64,000 bases of DNA from an uncultured Gammaproteobacteria bacterium (GTDB taxonomy: Bacteria > Pseudomonadota > Gammaproteobacteria > GCA-001735895): assembly GCA_947259485.1 (NCBI GenBank), contig CAMYLU010000002.1, positions 71,841 through 135,840 of the forward strand, in the 5' to 3' direction. Position 1 is the first letter of the stretch. Each line of letters begins with the position of its first letter. Both the position numbers and the translations under genes were made by a program. Below are positions 10,183 through 23,890 of this stretch, one piece after another. The notes beneath the pieces were generated by a model, which saw nothing but the letters and a program-made list of their open reading frames with translations, was not told the DNA's origin and ran no database searches.

Positions 10183-11037
10183 TTAGCTCTCCTGATTTTC
10201 CGTTTTACGCAGTAGCAAAAGGCGATAGACCTTGAAACGTGCAAAACTTTTGCCGTTGCGTTCACCACTAAGATACTTGCGATTTATTTTTCTAATCTTC
10301 TTCTGGTACTTCCATCGCAGCAGCTTGTTCAACCAGGGATGGTTGCTACCGAAGGCATAACCCACTAACTTGAAGGTTGGCAGCAACAGTTCGCGGCCCA
10401 TTTGATCGACTATATCCAGGTTGGGTGCAGTTTCACGGGTTATATCCTTATCCTCCAGCACCTCCAGTCCCGATTTTTCCAACGCCATCATAAACTTGTC
10501 GATCGGATGCCCGCCACCGATCACCGACCTGCCAGCGGCATTGGTCTTGAAAAAATCACAGATCAGTATGTAGCCACCAGGATTTAAACGTTGCTGGGCA
10601 TCTTCGAGCACCGTGTCGAGCGTAATGTACTGAAAGCTTTCACTGAACATCACCAGGTCAAATTTTTCATCAGCTTTGAAAGAGACCTCTTCAAAACGAC
10701 CCTTATGGATTTTAAAATCCTCGCCTGCCTGCTGCCGCGCGGCTTCCGACAACAGCGGACTCGGCGAAACTCCTTCTACCTGGTAACCACGTGCTAGCAG
10801 TTCCGTGGCAACGCCACCCGCACCACAACCGACGTCGAGAACCCGTTTAACACCCTGCGGAATATGGCTGAGCAGAAAGTCAGAATAGCGTTTCTGCGCC
10901 TCCGGCAAATTCTGGATACAGACTTCGAGATCATCCTGCCACAGGCCGTAATGCAAATCGCGGCTGCCGAGAAAAAAATGAAACAGGTTTAACCCAGCGA
11001 CCAGTCCAACTTCTTTCGAATCTACTTTTGAGGTCAT
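10183..11037 (-). CDS. Class I SAM-dependent methyltransferase.
   Basis: Motif I 'VLDVGCGAGGV'. Start placed at Met 'MTSKVDSK' (11037), not the longer track ORF that overlaps prmB. Confidence 0.7.
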   Translation of the reverse strand: MTSKVDSKEVGLVAGLNLFHFFLGSRDLHYGLWQDDLEVCIQNLPEAQKRYSDFLLSHIPQGVKRVLDVGCGAGGVATELLARGYQVEGVSPSPLLSEAARQQAGEDFKIHKGRFEEVSFKADEKFDLVMFSESFQYITLDTVLEDAQQRLNPGGYILICDFFKTNAAGRSVIGGGHPIDKFMMALEKSGLEVLEDKDITRETAPNLDIVDQMGRELLLPTFKLVGYAFGSNHPWLNKLLRWKYQKKIRKINRKYLSGERNGKSFARFKVYRLLLLRKTENQES

Positions 11038-11051
11038 ATTGATTGCCCGGG

Positions 11052-11978
11052 CTAGCTGGCGATGGCGACAATTGCCGGCTGTTGCTGCTTCAGGTCTTCC
11101 GACTGAATACAACATACCCCGCCACCGCCAAATTCAAACTCGACCCAGGTCATCGGCAAAAAGTCGTACTTGCACTCCATCGCTGGCTGGGAATTTCCAA
11201 CTTCGATAAAGATCACGCCGTGCTCGCTTAAATATTCACCGACCCGCGCAAGAATGCGATCGACCATCAGCAATCCGTCGTCACCGGCGCGTAAACCTAT
11301 CTCTGGTTCGTAGCGGTACTCATCGCTCAAGCTCTCCATTTCTCCTGCATCAACATAGGGTGGGTTGCAGACGATCACATCAAACTGTTGCTGCGGAATC
11401 GCGTCAAAAAGGTCAGATTCATAGAGTGTTACAGCGTCGCTCAAATCGTGCAATTCGAGGTTCATCCTGGCGACTTCGAGCGCATCGCGCGAAACATCAG
11501 AAGCACAAACCTCGGCCCCGGGAAACTGGTATTTCGAGGCAATCGCGATACAGCCGCTGCCGCTGCAAAGATCAAGAATGCGCTCTACCCTGCCGCTATC
11601 CACCCAGGGCTCGAATCCATTGGAGATAAGTTCTGCGATCGGGGAGCGAGGCACCAGCACACGCTCATCCACGTAAAACTTGAGCCCGCAGAACCAGGAT
11701 TCCCGTGTGATATAGGCTGCCGGCTGACGCGACTTAGCCCGCAGTTGCAGGGTATCGATTACCTGTTCGCGCTCGGGCAGCGTCAGCACCGTGTCAAGAT
11801 AATCATCGGGCCAGTCATAAGGCAGGGACAGTGCATGCAGGACAAGATACCTGGCTTCGTCGAAAGCGCTGACAAATCCGTGACCAAAAGTTAATTCGTG
11901 CCGCAGGAACTCGCTACTTCCCCAGCGAATGAAATCTCGAATCGTGGTCAGGACCTGCAATTTTTCCGGAATCGACAC
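11052..11978 (-). CDS. prmB: Ribosomal protein L3 glutamine N5-methyltransferase.
   Basis: 308 aa. 'NPPY' motif ('VIVCNPPYVDAGEM') and SAM motif 'ILDLCSGSGCIAI'. Confidence 0.8.
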   Translation of the reverse strand: MSIPEKLQVLTTIRDFIRWGSSEFLRHELTFGHGFVSAFDEARYLVLHALSLPYDWPDDYLDTVLTLPEREQVIDTLQLRAKSRQPAAYITRESWFCGLKFYVDERVLVPRSPIAELISNGFEPWVDSGRVERILDLCSGSGCIAIASKYQFPGAEVCASDVSRDALEVARMNLELHDLSDAVTLYESDLFDAIPQQQFDVIVCNPPYVDAGEMESLSDEYRYEPEIGLRAGDDGLLMVDRILARVGEYLSEHGVIFIEVGNSQPAMECKYDFLPMTWVEFEFGGGGVCCIQSEDLKQQQPAIVAIAS

Positions 11979-12033
11979 GTTGTGTTTACTAGCAGTTGAA
12001 ATATAATGCCGCGGATTTTACACCATAACGACG

Positions 12034-12654
12034 ATGAATAAATCGAGTATCGCAATCGTAGCCTTGCTAGCCCTGATCGGAGGATTTTCGATTTCCTGGG
12101 TTATTAGCAGCAACAAACCGATCGAGCTGGAAGCCGGCCTCTGGTTTGGTGAGCAGGCACGTGCCTTGCCAGAATTTGAGCTCGTTGATCACAACGGACA
12201 GGTTTTAAACAGAACCAGCTTAACTGGTAAATGGAGCCTGATGTTTTTTGGTTACACCCATTGCCCCGATATCTGTCCTGCCAGCCTGCAAACCATGAGC
12301 GACATGGTCCAGGCGATTGAAGACCCCGATGTCGCCGCTGCGCTGCGAGTTTATTTCATATCGGTGGACCCGGATCGCGATAATGCCGAGGTCCTTGCCA
12401 GCTACGTCACTTATTTCAATCCCGACTTCACAGGTGCCACCGCGATAATGGAAAAACTGGACCCGCTGACTCGTTCACTCGGCATCGCGCATGATATTCG
12501 TAACAAGGTCGAAGGTAATCCGGGCTACGACGTCGACCATAGTTCGGCAATTGTTCTTATCAACCCGAATGCTGAATTTGCAGGCTTGTTTGGCGCACCG
12601 CATGACGCGCTGGCAATGGCACGCGACCTGACACGAATCGTTGAATATAACTAA
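12034..12654 (+). CDS. SCO1/SenC family copper chaperone (thioredoxin-like).
   Basis: Signal-anchor N-terminus. 'FGYTHCPDICP' is the CxxxCP motif. Confidence 0.85.
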   Translation: MNKSSIAIVALLALIGGFSISWVISSNKPIELEAGLWFGEQARALPEFELVDHNGQVLNRTSLTGKWSLMFFGYTHCPDICPASLQTMSDMVQAIEDPDVAAALRVYFISVDPDRDNAEVLASYVTYFNPDFTGATAIMEKLDPLTRSLGIAHDIRNKVEGNPGYDVDHSSAIVLINPNAEFAGLFGAPHDALAMARDLTRIVEYN

Positions 12655-12663
12655 TCCCATTCA

Positions 12664-13080
12664 ATGATAACCTCCCGCTTGTCACTGGTTCTGTTGCTGA
12701 TATTTTCGCCGATTGCGTTGGCCGAACTCGAGTTTCGCGATCCCTGGATTAAAAACCTGCCAGCGTCGGTTCCGGTTCGTGCAGGTTATATGACCATCCT
12801 TAATCCGCTATCGGAAGCAGTCAGTATCGTATCGCTGCGCAGCAAAGCGTTTACCAGCATTGAAATTCATCAGACCATCGAACAGGATGGCATGATGCAC
12901 ATGGAACAGGTGACCAGCTTAAAAATCGAATCCAATTCAAGCGTGCAACTCGCACCGGGTGGACTACATTTAATGATGATGAATCCGAGCGAGCCGACAC
13001 AACCGGGCGATCTGCTCGAGATTGTAATCGTGCTGGATGACGGTTCTGAACAAAGAGTCGAAATGCAGGTGATAAGATAG
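12664..13080 (+). CDS. Periplasmic copper chaperone PCu(A)C (DUF461).
   Basis: Signal peptide. 'MMHMEQV' and a 'HLMMMNP' Met/His-rich Cu(I) motif. Confidence 0.75.
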   Translation: MITSRLSLVLLLIFSPIALAELEFRDPWIKNLPASVPVRAGYMTILNPLSEAVSIVSLRSKAFTSIEIHQTIEQDGMMHMEQVTSLKIESNSSVQLAPGGLHLMMMNPSEPTQPGDLLEIVIVLDDGSEQRVEMQVIR

Positions 13081-13082
13081 CG

Positions 13083-13946
13083 ATGGCCGAGTTAAATAAA
13101 AAACAGAAGTTTCTAAAGGCGCTGTTCTACGTCATGCCGCACCATGCGGTATCACGTGTGGTTTACTTTTTCACACGACTGCAGGGTCCGCAAGTGGCGC
13201 CGATGATCAGCTGGTTCATAAACAAATATGGCGTCAATATGGACGAAGCAGAAGAGCCTGAAGTCGGTTACTACCAGACATTCAACGAGTTTTTTATCCG
13301 ACCCTTAAAATCCGGCATTCGACCTATTGCACCCGGTGAAAATACGCTCGCCTGCCCCTGTGATGGTACGGTATCGCAAGCGGGACCGATTCGTGCGGGC
13401 GCCATCATGCAGGCCAAGGGTCGTGGTTACAGCGCGCTCGAACTGCTAGGTGGTGACAAGACCATGGCGGCCGAGTTTGCCGATGGAAACTTCGCAACCA
13501 TTTACCTTGCGCCTTACAATTACCACCGCGTACATATGCCGATTGACGCCAATATGAATCGAATAATTCATGTTCCCGGTCGTTTGTTCAGCGTGGCGCA
13601 GTGGACCGTCGAAGAAATTCCGCGCCTGTTCGCGCGTAACGAGCGACTGGCCTGCTACTTTGAAACCGCGGCTGGCCCCTTGGTGATGGTATTGGTAGGG
13701 GCAATCAATGTTGCCGCGATCGAAACCGTCTGGAGCGGCCTGGTGACGCCTCCACATGGCAAGAAAATCAGCGAGTTTGACTATAGTCATACGCGCAAGG
13801 AAATATCCAAGGGAGCCGAGATGGGTCGCTTCAACATGGGCTCAACCGTGATTCTGCTGACCGGAAAAAATGTCGAATGGTCACCTAGTATCAAGCCGGG
13901 CCAAATCCTCAAGATGGGTCAGCCCATCGGCCAATTCCCAACCTGA
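13083..13946 (+). CDS. psd: Phosphatidylserine decarboxylase proenzyme.
   Basis: 287 aa. Conserved 'FNMGSTVILL' contains the GST self-cleavage site. Confidence 0.9.
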   Translation: MAELNKKQKFLKALFYVMPHHAVSRVVYFFTRLQGPQVAPMISWFINKYGVNMDEAEEPEVGYYQTFNEFFIRPLKSGIRPIAPGENTLACPCDGTVSQAGPIRAGAIMQAKGRGYSALELLGGDKTMAAEFADGNFATIYLAPYNYHRVHMPIDANMNRIIHVPGRLFSVAQWTVEEIPRLFARNERLACYFETAAGPLVMVLVGAINVAAIETVWSGLVTPPHGKKISEFDYSHTRKEISKGAEMGRFNMGSTVILLTGKNVEWSPSIKPGQILKMGQPIGQFPT

Positions 13947-14009
13947 CACGTCAATCCCGGTTCCCTCCCAGCGCTCCTATTGTAATCCAGTTGTCGGCAC
14001 GAGCAGCGG

Positions 14010-14060
14010 GATCATTTTGCGGGATCGCCGTAAATACATCCCCATGCCTGCGCCGTTGGC
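14010..14060. repeat. Partial, degenerate copy of repeat module A.
   Basis: 'ttttgcgggatcgccgtaaatacatcc' matches the module A core plus part of one arm. It sits between convergent psd and epmA. Confidence 0.45.
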
Positions 14061-14064
14061 AGGT

Positions 14065-14997
14065 TTAGTCGGTAAAGGTCAGGACCTGGTCGATGGAATC
14101 GAGTTCGAGTAACACCATCAGTAATCGATCGAGGCCGAGCGCGACCCCGGCGCAATCCTCCAGTCCTGATTCAAGTGCAGCCAGCAGGCGTTCATCGATC
14201 GCGTACTGCGGCAGTCCTTTTTGCGCGCGCGCTGCATTGTCCTGTTCAAAACGCGCACGTTGTTCATCGGCATCGGTGAGTTCGGAGAAACCGTTGGCGA
14301 GTTCGATGCCATCGAAAAACAGCTCGAAGCGCTCGGCTAGGTTGTTGTCATCCTCCCTGACACGTGCCAATGCGGCCTGAGATAGCGGGTAATCGTAAAC
14401 AAACTGGTAGCCTTGCATGGTCGGGGCAATAACCACTCCCAGTAAAAGGTCGAGACACTGGTCAAAATCCAATTGCGCAACGTTGGTGCCCGGAACCGAC
14501 TTATTACAATGACCCCTGAGTTGTTCCAGCGTGACCTCGTCAACACCGAGGTCCATTACCTGCCTGAATAAATCCTTGTAGGTAATCCGGGTAAAGCTGC
14601 ATTGATGCAGGCTCAACGTGGTAATCAACAATTCCATCTCGTCCATGAGCTGGTGGTAGTCATATCCAGCCCGGTACCACTCCAGCAAACTGAACTCGTG
14701 GTGATGCAGGCGCCCTGCTTCGCCCTGTCGGAAGGCATGGGTTATCTGGAAGATCGAGCCACAGCCTGCAGCCAAAAGGCGTTTCATTGCAAATTCGGGG
14801 GAAGGCTGCAGATAAAATGGAATTTCGAATCCAGGCACTTCAATTGTAGAGACCTGTACATCGGTGTTGGTAGTCGAGGCCAACACGGGAGTTTCGACTT
14901 CGAGGCAACCACGAGTGTTGAAAAAAGAGCGGATCTGACGATAAATCCTTGCTCTTTCGCGAATGACCTGCAGACTTGCAGATGGCTGCCAATTCAT
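14065..14997 (-). CDS. epmA: Elongation factor P-(R)-beta-lysine ligase (class II LysRS paralogue).
   Basis: 310 aa. Class II aaRS motifs without an anticodon-binding domain. Lies immediately downstream of efp. Confidence 0.85.
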   Translation of the reverse strand: MNWQPSASLQVIRERARIYRQIRSFFNTRGCLEVETPVLASTTNTDVQVSTIEVPGFEIPFYLQPSPEFAMKRLLAAGCGSIFQITHAFRQGEAGRLHHHEFSLLEWYRAGYDYHQLMDEMELLITTLSLHQCSFTRITYKDLFRQVMDLGVDEVTLEQLRGHCNKSVPGTNVAQLDFDQCLDLLLGVVIAPTMQGYQFVYDYPLSQAALARVREDDNNLAERFELFFDGIELANGFSELTDADEQRARFEQDNAARAQKGLPQYAIDERLLAALESGLEDCAGVALGLDRLLMVLLELDSIDQVLTFTD

Positions 14998-15016
14998 CAG
15001 GAAAATAGATTTCCAG

Positions 15017-15616
15017 CTACTTCTTTACCCGCGACATGTACTCGCCAGAACGCGTATCAACCTTTACCAGTTCGCCGATCTCAAGGAACAAAGGTACCTT
15101 GACCACGGCACCGGTTTCCAGGGTAGCCGGCTTGGTACCTCCCTGGGCAGTATCACCTTTCAAGCCAGGATCCGTGTCGGAGATTTCAAGTTCAACAAAA
15201 TTAGGCGGTGTAACCCCGATCGGACTGCCGTTGTAAAGCGTCACCTCACAATTATCCTGTGCTTTAAGCCATTGCCGGGCGTCACCAACGGCATTGGCAT
15301 CAGCGGCCTGTTGTTCGTAGGATTGTGGGTCCATGAAATGCCAGAACTCGCCGTCGTTGTAGAGGTATTGCATTTCGGTGTCGACGACATCGGCTGCGTC
15401 GACCGAATCACCCGACTTAAAGGTTTTATCCAGCACCCGCCCCGATTTGAGGTTGCGGATTTTGACCCGGTTGAAGGCCTGCCCTTTTCCCGGCTTGACG
15501 AATTCATTTTCGATAATTGCGCAGGGATCACCGTCCAGCATTATCTTCAATCCGCTGCGAAATTCATTAGTGCTGTAGCTTGCCATTTCCGTCCCGATCG
15601 AAAAAACGCCAATCAT
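15017..15616 (-). CDS. efp: Elongation factor P.
   Basis: 199 aa. '...[26 protein letters not shown]...' includes the conserved modification-site lysine loop. Confidence 0.9.
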   Translation of the reverse strand: MIGVFSIGTEMASYSTNEFRSGLKIMLDGDPCAIIENEFVKPGKGQAFNRVKIRNLKSGRVLDKTFKSGDSVDAADVVDTEMQYLYNDGEFWHFMDPQSYEQQAADANAVGDARQWLKAQDNCEVTLYNGSPIGVTPPNFVELEISDTDPGLKGDTAQGGTKPATLETGAVVKVPLFLEIGELVKVDTRSGEYMSRVKK

Positions 15617-15695
15617 ACCGGAATCTATGTTTGATTCGTAGTTATCGTCTATTATTGATGACTAGCACAATAGTTTTATATCACCGCCGAAGTAT

Positions 15696-17780
15696 ATGGA
15701 AAACGAAGAAAAACTGATTCGCCTGCTGATCGTCGACGAGGGGTTTCACAAAGCCGAACAAATAACCAGCTCATTGCGTGCTACCGGCATGCATGTACGT
15801 GCTGAGTTTGCCGAAAACAGCGAAGATATGTGCGATATCCTGGAAAATAAAGTCCTCGATCTGGTGCTGTTTTCAGTCGATCTGCCAGGGTTTACGCTGA
15901 GCCAGGGCCAGCACCTGATCCGTGAGTGCGGACGTCACGTGGCACTAATCGCAATGGCTAAAAAAGTCGACACAGACGTAATCGTTAGCGCGATCGACGA
16001 AGGCGCACAGGATGTTGTCGCCAGCGTTAGCCTTGAACACCTGATCCAGGTAATTAAACGCGAAGCTTATAATATCACTATCTGGCGACGCGCGATGCGG
16101 CTTGAACTTGAATTCCAGGAAAGCGAGAAACGATGTCAAAACCTGCTGGCACATTCAAAGGACGCGGTTGCCTATGTTCACGAAGGCATGCATATTTTTG
16201 CCAACCAGGTTTACATGGAACTGTTCGGTAATGCAGATTTCGATGAACTCGAGGGCACTCCGATAATTGACATGGTTGACGCCTCGCAACAGAGTCAACT
16301 GAAAACCTTTCTTCGTGAACTCAGTAAAAACGAAAACGCCAGCAACGAACTCGAGTTACAACTGATTCACAGCAGTGGCGAGCGCATATCGGCAACGCTT
16401 GAATTTTCTCGAGCCAGTTATGACGGCGAACCCTGTACCCAGATTTTAATTCGTTCAAGCGCAGATACTTCGGAGCTGGAGGAACAGATAAACTACCTGC
16501 ACCAGCACGACCTGATATCCGGATTGTATAACCGCCAGTTTTTCATGGACGAGCTAAAAACCTCGATCACGCAAGCGGTCAATGGCAAACATCAGTCGGC
16601 ACTTGTTCATATCGCCATTGACAATTTCCAGTCGATTCGCGACAGGGTTGGAATTTCCGGTTGCGATACATTAATTAACGATATCGCCAAAATACTGACC
16701 GAAAACACTGCCGAAGAAGATATTATTGCTCGCTTCGGCGCCTATTCCTATACCTGCCTGAGTAAAATCAAGAGCAGGAAACTGGTTGAGGAAATGGCTG
16801 TCAAAATACCCAAACTGGTTGAAGATCATATATCGGAGATCGGGAATCAGTCGATAAGCACTACTTGCAGTACATCGGTCGTATTTATCGATGAAAATTC
16901 ACCTGACAGTGCAAACGAAATCATCGCCCGTGCCGAGAAAACCTGCGAGGAAATCCAGACTCTCGGCGGCAATCAATCAAAGACCTATATTCCGAAAGCG
17001 GGTGAAATGACCCAGGATGAAGAAGACGGAATTACCGCAAGCCTGATCAAGGATGCGCTAAACCATAACCGTATCAGTGGATTGTACCAGCCTATCGTAG
17101 GGGTCAAGGCACAGGACGGGGAACGATACGTTTCGAGCCTGCAAATCGAGTCAGAAGATGGGCGAATACTTTACGAGCACGAATTCCAGGATGCCGCGGA
17201 ACGCACCGGCACAGCGAAAATGCTCGATCGCTGGAAAATACTGCACGCAATTAAAAAGGTTTCTGATACCGGTCAACGAGGCCGCAAAATCGAATTCTTC
17301 GTGCCCTTAAGTGCCGACTCGATCCAGGACGCCGGTCTTGCGGTCTGGATATCCGAAAATCTTACCAAGGCTAAAGTTAGCGGCGAGCAACTGGTTTTCA
17401 TGATCAATGAAGCGGAGGCGCTAAATCAGCTGAAAGGTGCTAAAACCCTTGCCAAGGGCCTGCAACAGATTCACTGCAAATTCGCGATCGACGAATTTGG
17501 CACCGGGCTGAATCCATTCCAGCTGGTTAAGCACGTCAACGCAAACTACGTGCGCGTCAACCACGCCTACATGGATAACCTGGCGCAAAATGAAGAGAAC
17601 CAGGACAGTATCCGCGAACTTGCCTACCAGGCCGGAGACTTGGAAATTAATACGATAACACCGGCGGTAACCGACGCCGCAGTATTAAGCGTCCTGTGGA
17701 CATTGAATGTCGACTTCGTCCAGGGTGAATTTCTGCAGCCACCGAGCAAGGAATTAAACTACGATTTCAGCTCCATGTAG
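15696..17780 (+). CDS. FimX-like c-di-GMP signalling protein with REC, PAS, degenerate GGDEF and EAL-like domains.
   Basis: 694 aa. N-terminal receiver-like 'LLIVDEG'. GGDEF domain entry 'LISGLYNRQFF' but the GG(D/E)EF position reads 'RFGAYSY'. C-terminal 'YQPIVGV' EAL-type region with a divergent catalytic motif. Confidence 0.7.
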   Translation: MENEEKLIRLLIVDEGFHKAEQITSSLRATGMHVRAEFAENSEDMCDILENKVLDLVLFSVDLPGFTLSQGQHLIRECGRHVALIAMAKKVDTDVIVSAIDEGAQDVVASVSLEHLIQVIKREAYNITIWRRAMRLELEFQESEKRCQNLLAHSKDAVAYVHEGMHIFANQVYMELFGNADFDELEGTPIIDMVDASQQSQLKTFLRELSKNENASNELELQLIHSSGERISATLEFSRASYDGEPCTQILIRSSADTSELEEQINYLHQHDLISGLYNRQFFMDELKTSITQAVNGKHQSALVHIAIDNFQSIRDRVGISGCDTLINDIAKILTENTAEEDIIARFGAYSYTCLSKIKSRKLVEEMAVKIPKLVEDHISEIGNQSISTTCSTSVVFIDENSPDSANEIIARAEKTCEEIQTLGGNQSKTYIPKAGEMTQDEEDGITASLIKDALNHNRISGLYQPIVGVKAQDGERYVSSLQIESEDGRILYEHEFQDAAERTGTAKMLDRWKILHAIKKVSDTGQRGRKIEFFVPLSADSIQDAGLAVWISENLTKAKVSGEQLVFMINEAEALNQLKGAKTLAKGLQQIHCKFAIDEFGTGLNPFQLVKHVNANYVRVNHAYMDNLAQNEENQDSIRELAYQAGDLEINTITPAVTDAAVLSVLWTLNVDFVQGEFLQPPSKELNYDFSSM

Positions 17781-17867
17781 GCTCGACCTAATATGTGACC
17801 CGACTCTGCCGTAACAGGTCATAATGTCATGTAATCCATTCCTTCTTCTGACCTGATCGGAGTCGTC

Positions 17868-18461
17868 ATGAGCAAGCTCGAAAAGATAATCACCGAAATC
17901 AAGCAGCTGGAGCAGGAGCTTTTACAGGAACTGCAAATAAAGCAGGACGAGTACCTTTATATTATCGATGGCAAACGGGTCAAGTTCGAAGCAGAAACCC
18001 GACGTTATCATCGGACACTTGCTACTAAAATACACACCTATTTTGCGAACGCATCAATAACTAACATATTAACTCTGCCAATCATCTGGTTTTGCCTGGT
18101 TCCTGCGCTTTTTTTAGATATCGTTGTGTCCTTTTATCACTCAATTTGTTTCAGGATATATGGCATTCCCAGAGTCAGGCGCAGCGACTATATCGTCATC
18201 GACCACCAAAACCTCGAGTATCTGAACTGGATCGAAAAAGTGAACTGCGTTTTCTGCAGTTACTTTAACGGGCTGATTGCCTGGGTCCAGGAAATTGCGG
18301 CCAGAACCGAGCAATACTGGTGCCCAATCAAGCATGCAAGAAAGTTATCCACGATCCACAGCCGCTATCACAAATTCCTGGCCTATGGCGACAGTGAGAA
18401 TTATCAAAAAACACTTCAGCAGGTACGCAGGGATTTTGAAGATATAAAACACAGTGCCTGA
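17868..18461 (+). CDS. Hypothetical membrane-anchored protein with Cys-rich C-terminal region.
   Basis: 197 aa. N-terminal coiled coil, one TM segment, then 'CVFCSY...WCPIKH'. No family recognised. Confidence 0.5.
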   Translation: MSKLEKIITEIKQLEQELLQELQIKQDEYLYIIDGKRVKFEAETRRYHRTLATKIHTYFANASITNILTLPIIWFCLVPALFLDIVVSFYHSICFRIYGIPRVRRSDYIVIDHQNLEYLNWIEKVNCVFCSYFNGLIAWVQEIAARTEQYWCPIKHARKLSTIHSRYHKFLAYGDSENYQKTLQQVRRDFEDIKHSA

Positions 18462-18492
18462 ATTGAAAAGCACGATGGATCAAAACCTCGTG

Positions 18493-22646
<4,154 letters not shown>

Positions 22647-22673
22647 TTAAATCGCTCGCGCTGCTTCAAATCC

Positions 22674-22704
22674 TTGAAATTCATTACCTTCGGCCTGATA
22701 TAAT
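22674..22704 (+). promoter_or_regulatory. Candidate sigma70 promoter for the thioredoxin gene: 'ttgaaa', then a 19-nt spacer, then 'tataat'.
   Basis: Read from sequence. The spacer is slightly long. Confidence 0.3.
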
Positions 22705-22730
22705 GCGCATCTTTTTTCAGGTTCTCTATT

Positions 22731-23594
22731 ATGAGCGAGTCACCTTATATTCACAATGTCAGTATGCAGAATTTCCAGAATCTGGTGCTGGAAAATTCGA
22801 TTAATAAGCCTGTTTTGGTGGATTTCTGGGCAGACTGGTGTCAACCCTGCCAAACCATCATGCCGATGCTTGCCAAGCTCACGGAAGAATACGACGGTAA
22901 GTTCGAGCTGGCCAAGGTAAATGCCGACCAGGAACAGGAACTGGCCGCGCATTTCGGCATTAAGAGCCTGCCCACGATGAAGTTGTTTTACCAGGGACAA
23001 ATCGTCGATGAACGCATGGGTGCGGTACCCGAATCGGATGTCCGTGCAATGATCGACAAGCATATCGTGTCGGAATCTGACCAACTGGTGCAGGCTGCCA
23101 TGATGGCCTACCAGCAGGGCCATACCAAAGAAGCCCTCGAAGTGCTGAATAACGCTCTCGCCAAAGATCCGGACAATGCCGAACTGAAGGTCACGATCGC
23201 TCAAATAGTTTACGGCGAAGGCGATGGTGAAAGCGCCTTAGCGTTACTGGATAGCCTCGATAGCGAGGGCAATAATCTGGACGCAGCAATCAAGCTGCGC
23301 GCCGAAATCAAGCTGGCGGAACAGCTTGCCGATTTACCGGACCTCGACGATATCGAGCAACGACTGTCCCAGAATCCCAACGATCTCGCTGCCCTGTTGC
23401 AGAAAAGCCGGCATTTAACCGTCCAGGAAGATTACGACAATGCTATGGAATGCCTGCTGACGGTTATGCGCACCGATCGCAGCTACGAAGATGACGCCGG
23501 CCGCACCAGTCTACTCGAATTATTTGATCTGCTCGGCGGTGAACACCCCAGCGTACAAAAATACCGCCGCAAACTCTTCACCCTGCTCCACTAA
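22731..23594 (+). CDS. Thioredoxin-domain plus TPR co-chaperone (YbbN/CnoX-like).
   Basis: N-terminal Trx fold with an intact 'WCQPC'. C-terminal TPR-like helical repeats. Confidence 0.8.
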   Translation: MSESPYIHNVSMQNFQNLVLENSINKPVLVDFWADWCQPCQTIMPMLAKLTEEYDGKFELAKVNADQEQELAAHFGIKSLPTMKLFYQGQIVDERMGAVPESDVRAMIDKHIVSESDQLVQAAMMAYQQGHTKEALEVLNNALAKDPDNAELKVTIAQIVYGEGDGESALALLDSLDSEGNNLDAAIKLRAEIKLAEQLADLPDLDDIEQRLSQNPNDLAALLQKSRHLTVQEDYDNAMECLLTVMRTDRSYEDDAGRTSLLELFDLLGGEHPSVQKYRRKLFTLLH

Positions 23595-23712
23595 TTCGTA
23601 TCAACCAGGACTACAGCAGTCTAAATCTGGTAAACGGCGCAGCCATCCGCACGTCTTCGAGAAAATCGCGTACTACTTTTTACGACCGCGGCATCGATCC
23701 GTCAGTTAGCTC

Positions 23713-23824
23713 GGGTAATAGCCGCAAAAGACGCTCCCAACCGGCGCAAGCGCCGGTTGGTCCATCCATGGAATCGCTTGGAGCTCGGCATCCATGCCTC
23801 GCTACACTTTTGCGGTAATTCCCC
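23713..23824. repeat. Repeat module B, copy 1. Conserved core includes the 24-bp palindrome 'ccaaccggcgcaagcgccggttgg', nested in an imperfect 18-bp inverted repeat.
   Basis: Reverse-complement match to 30845-30973 over about 65 bp. Confidence 0.6.
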
Positions 23825-23890
23825 AAACTAACTGACTATCAAGTTGCATCCTTTCAACCGTGACGGCTGGCAATCGATGAGGCGTGGGCG

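Noticed and set aside
13870-14112. 80-aa plus-strand ORF in the psd/epmA gap.
   Set aside because: It is the translation of the module A relic. Its peptide similarity to ORFs at 23884 and 30360 ('LRDRRKYI', 'ARAYMDVFTA') reflects repeat DNA rather than a protein family.
14602-15634. Plus-strand ORFs of 166 and 223 aa opposite epmA and efp.
   Set aside because: They are antisense to conserved genes, with no homology.
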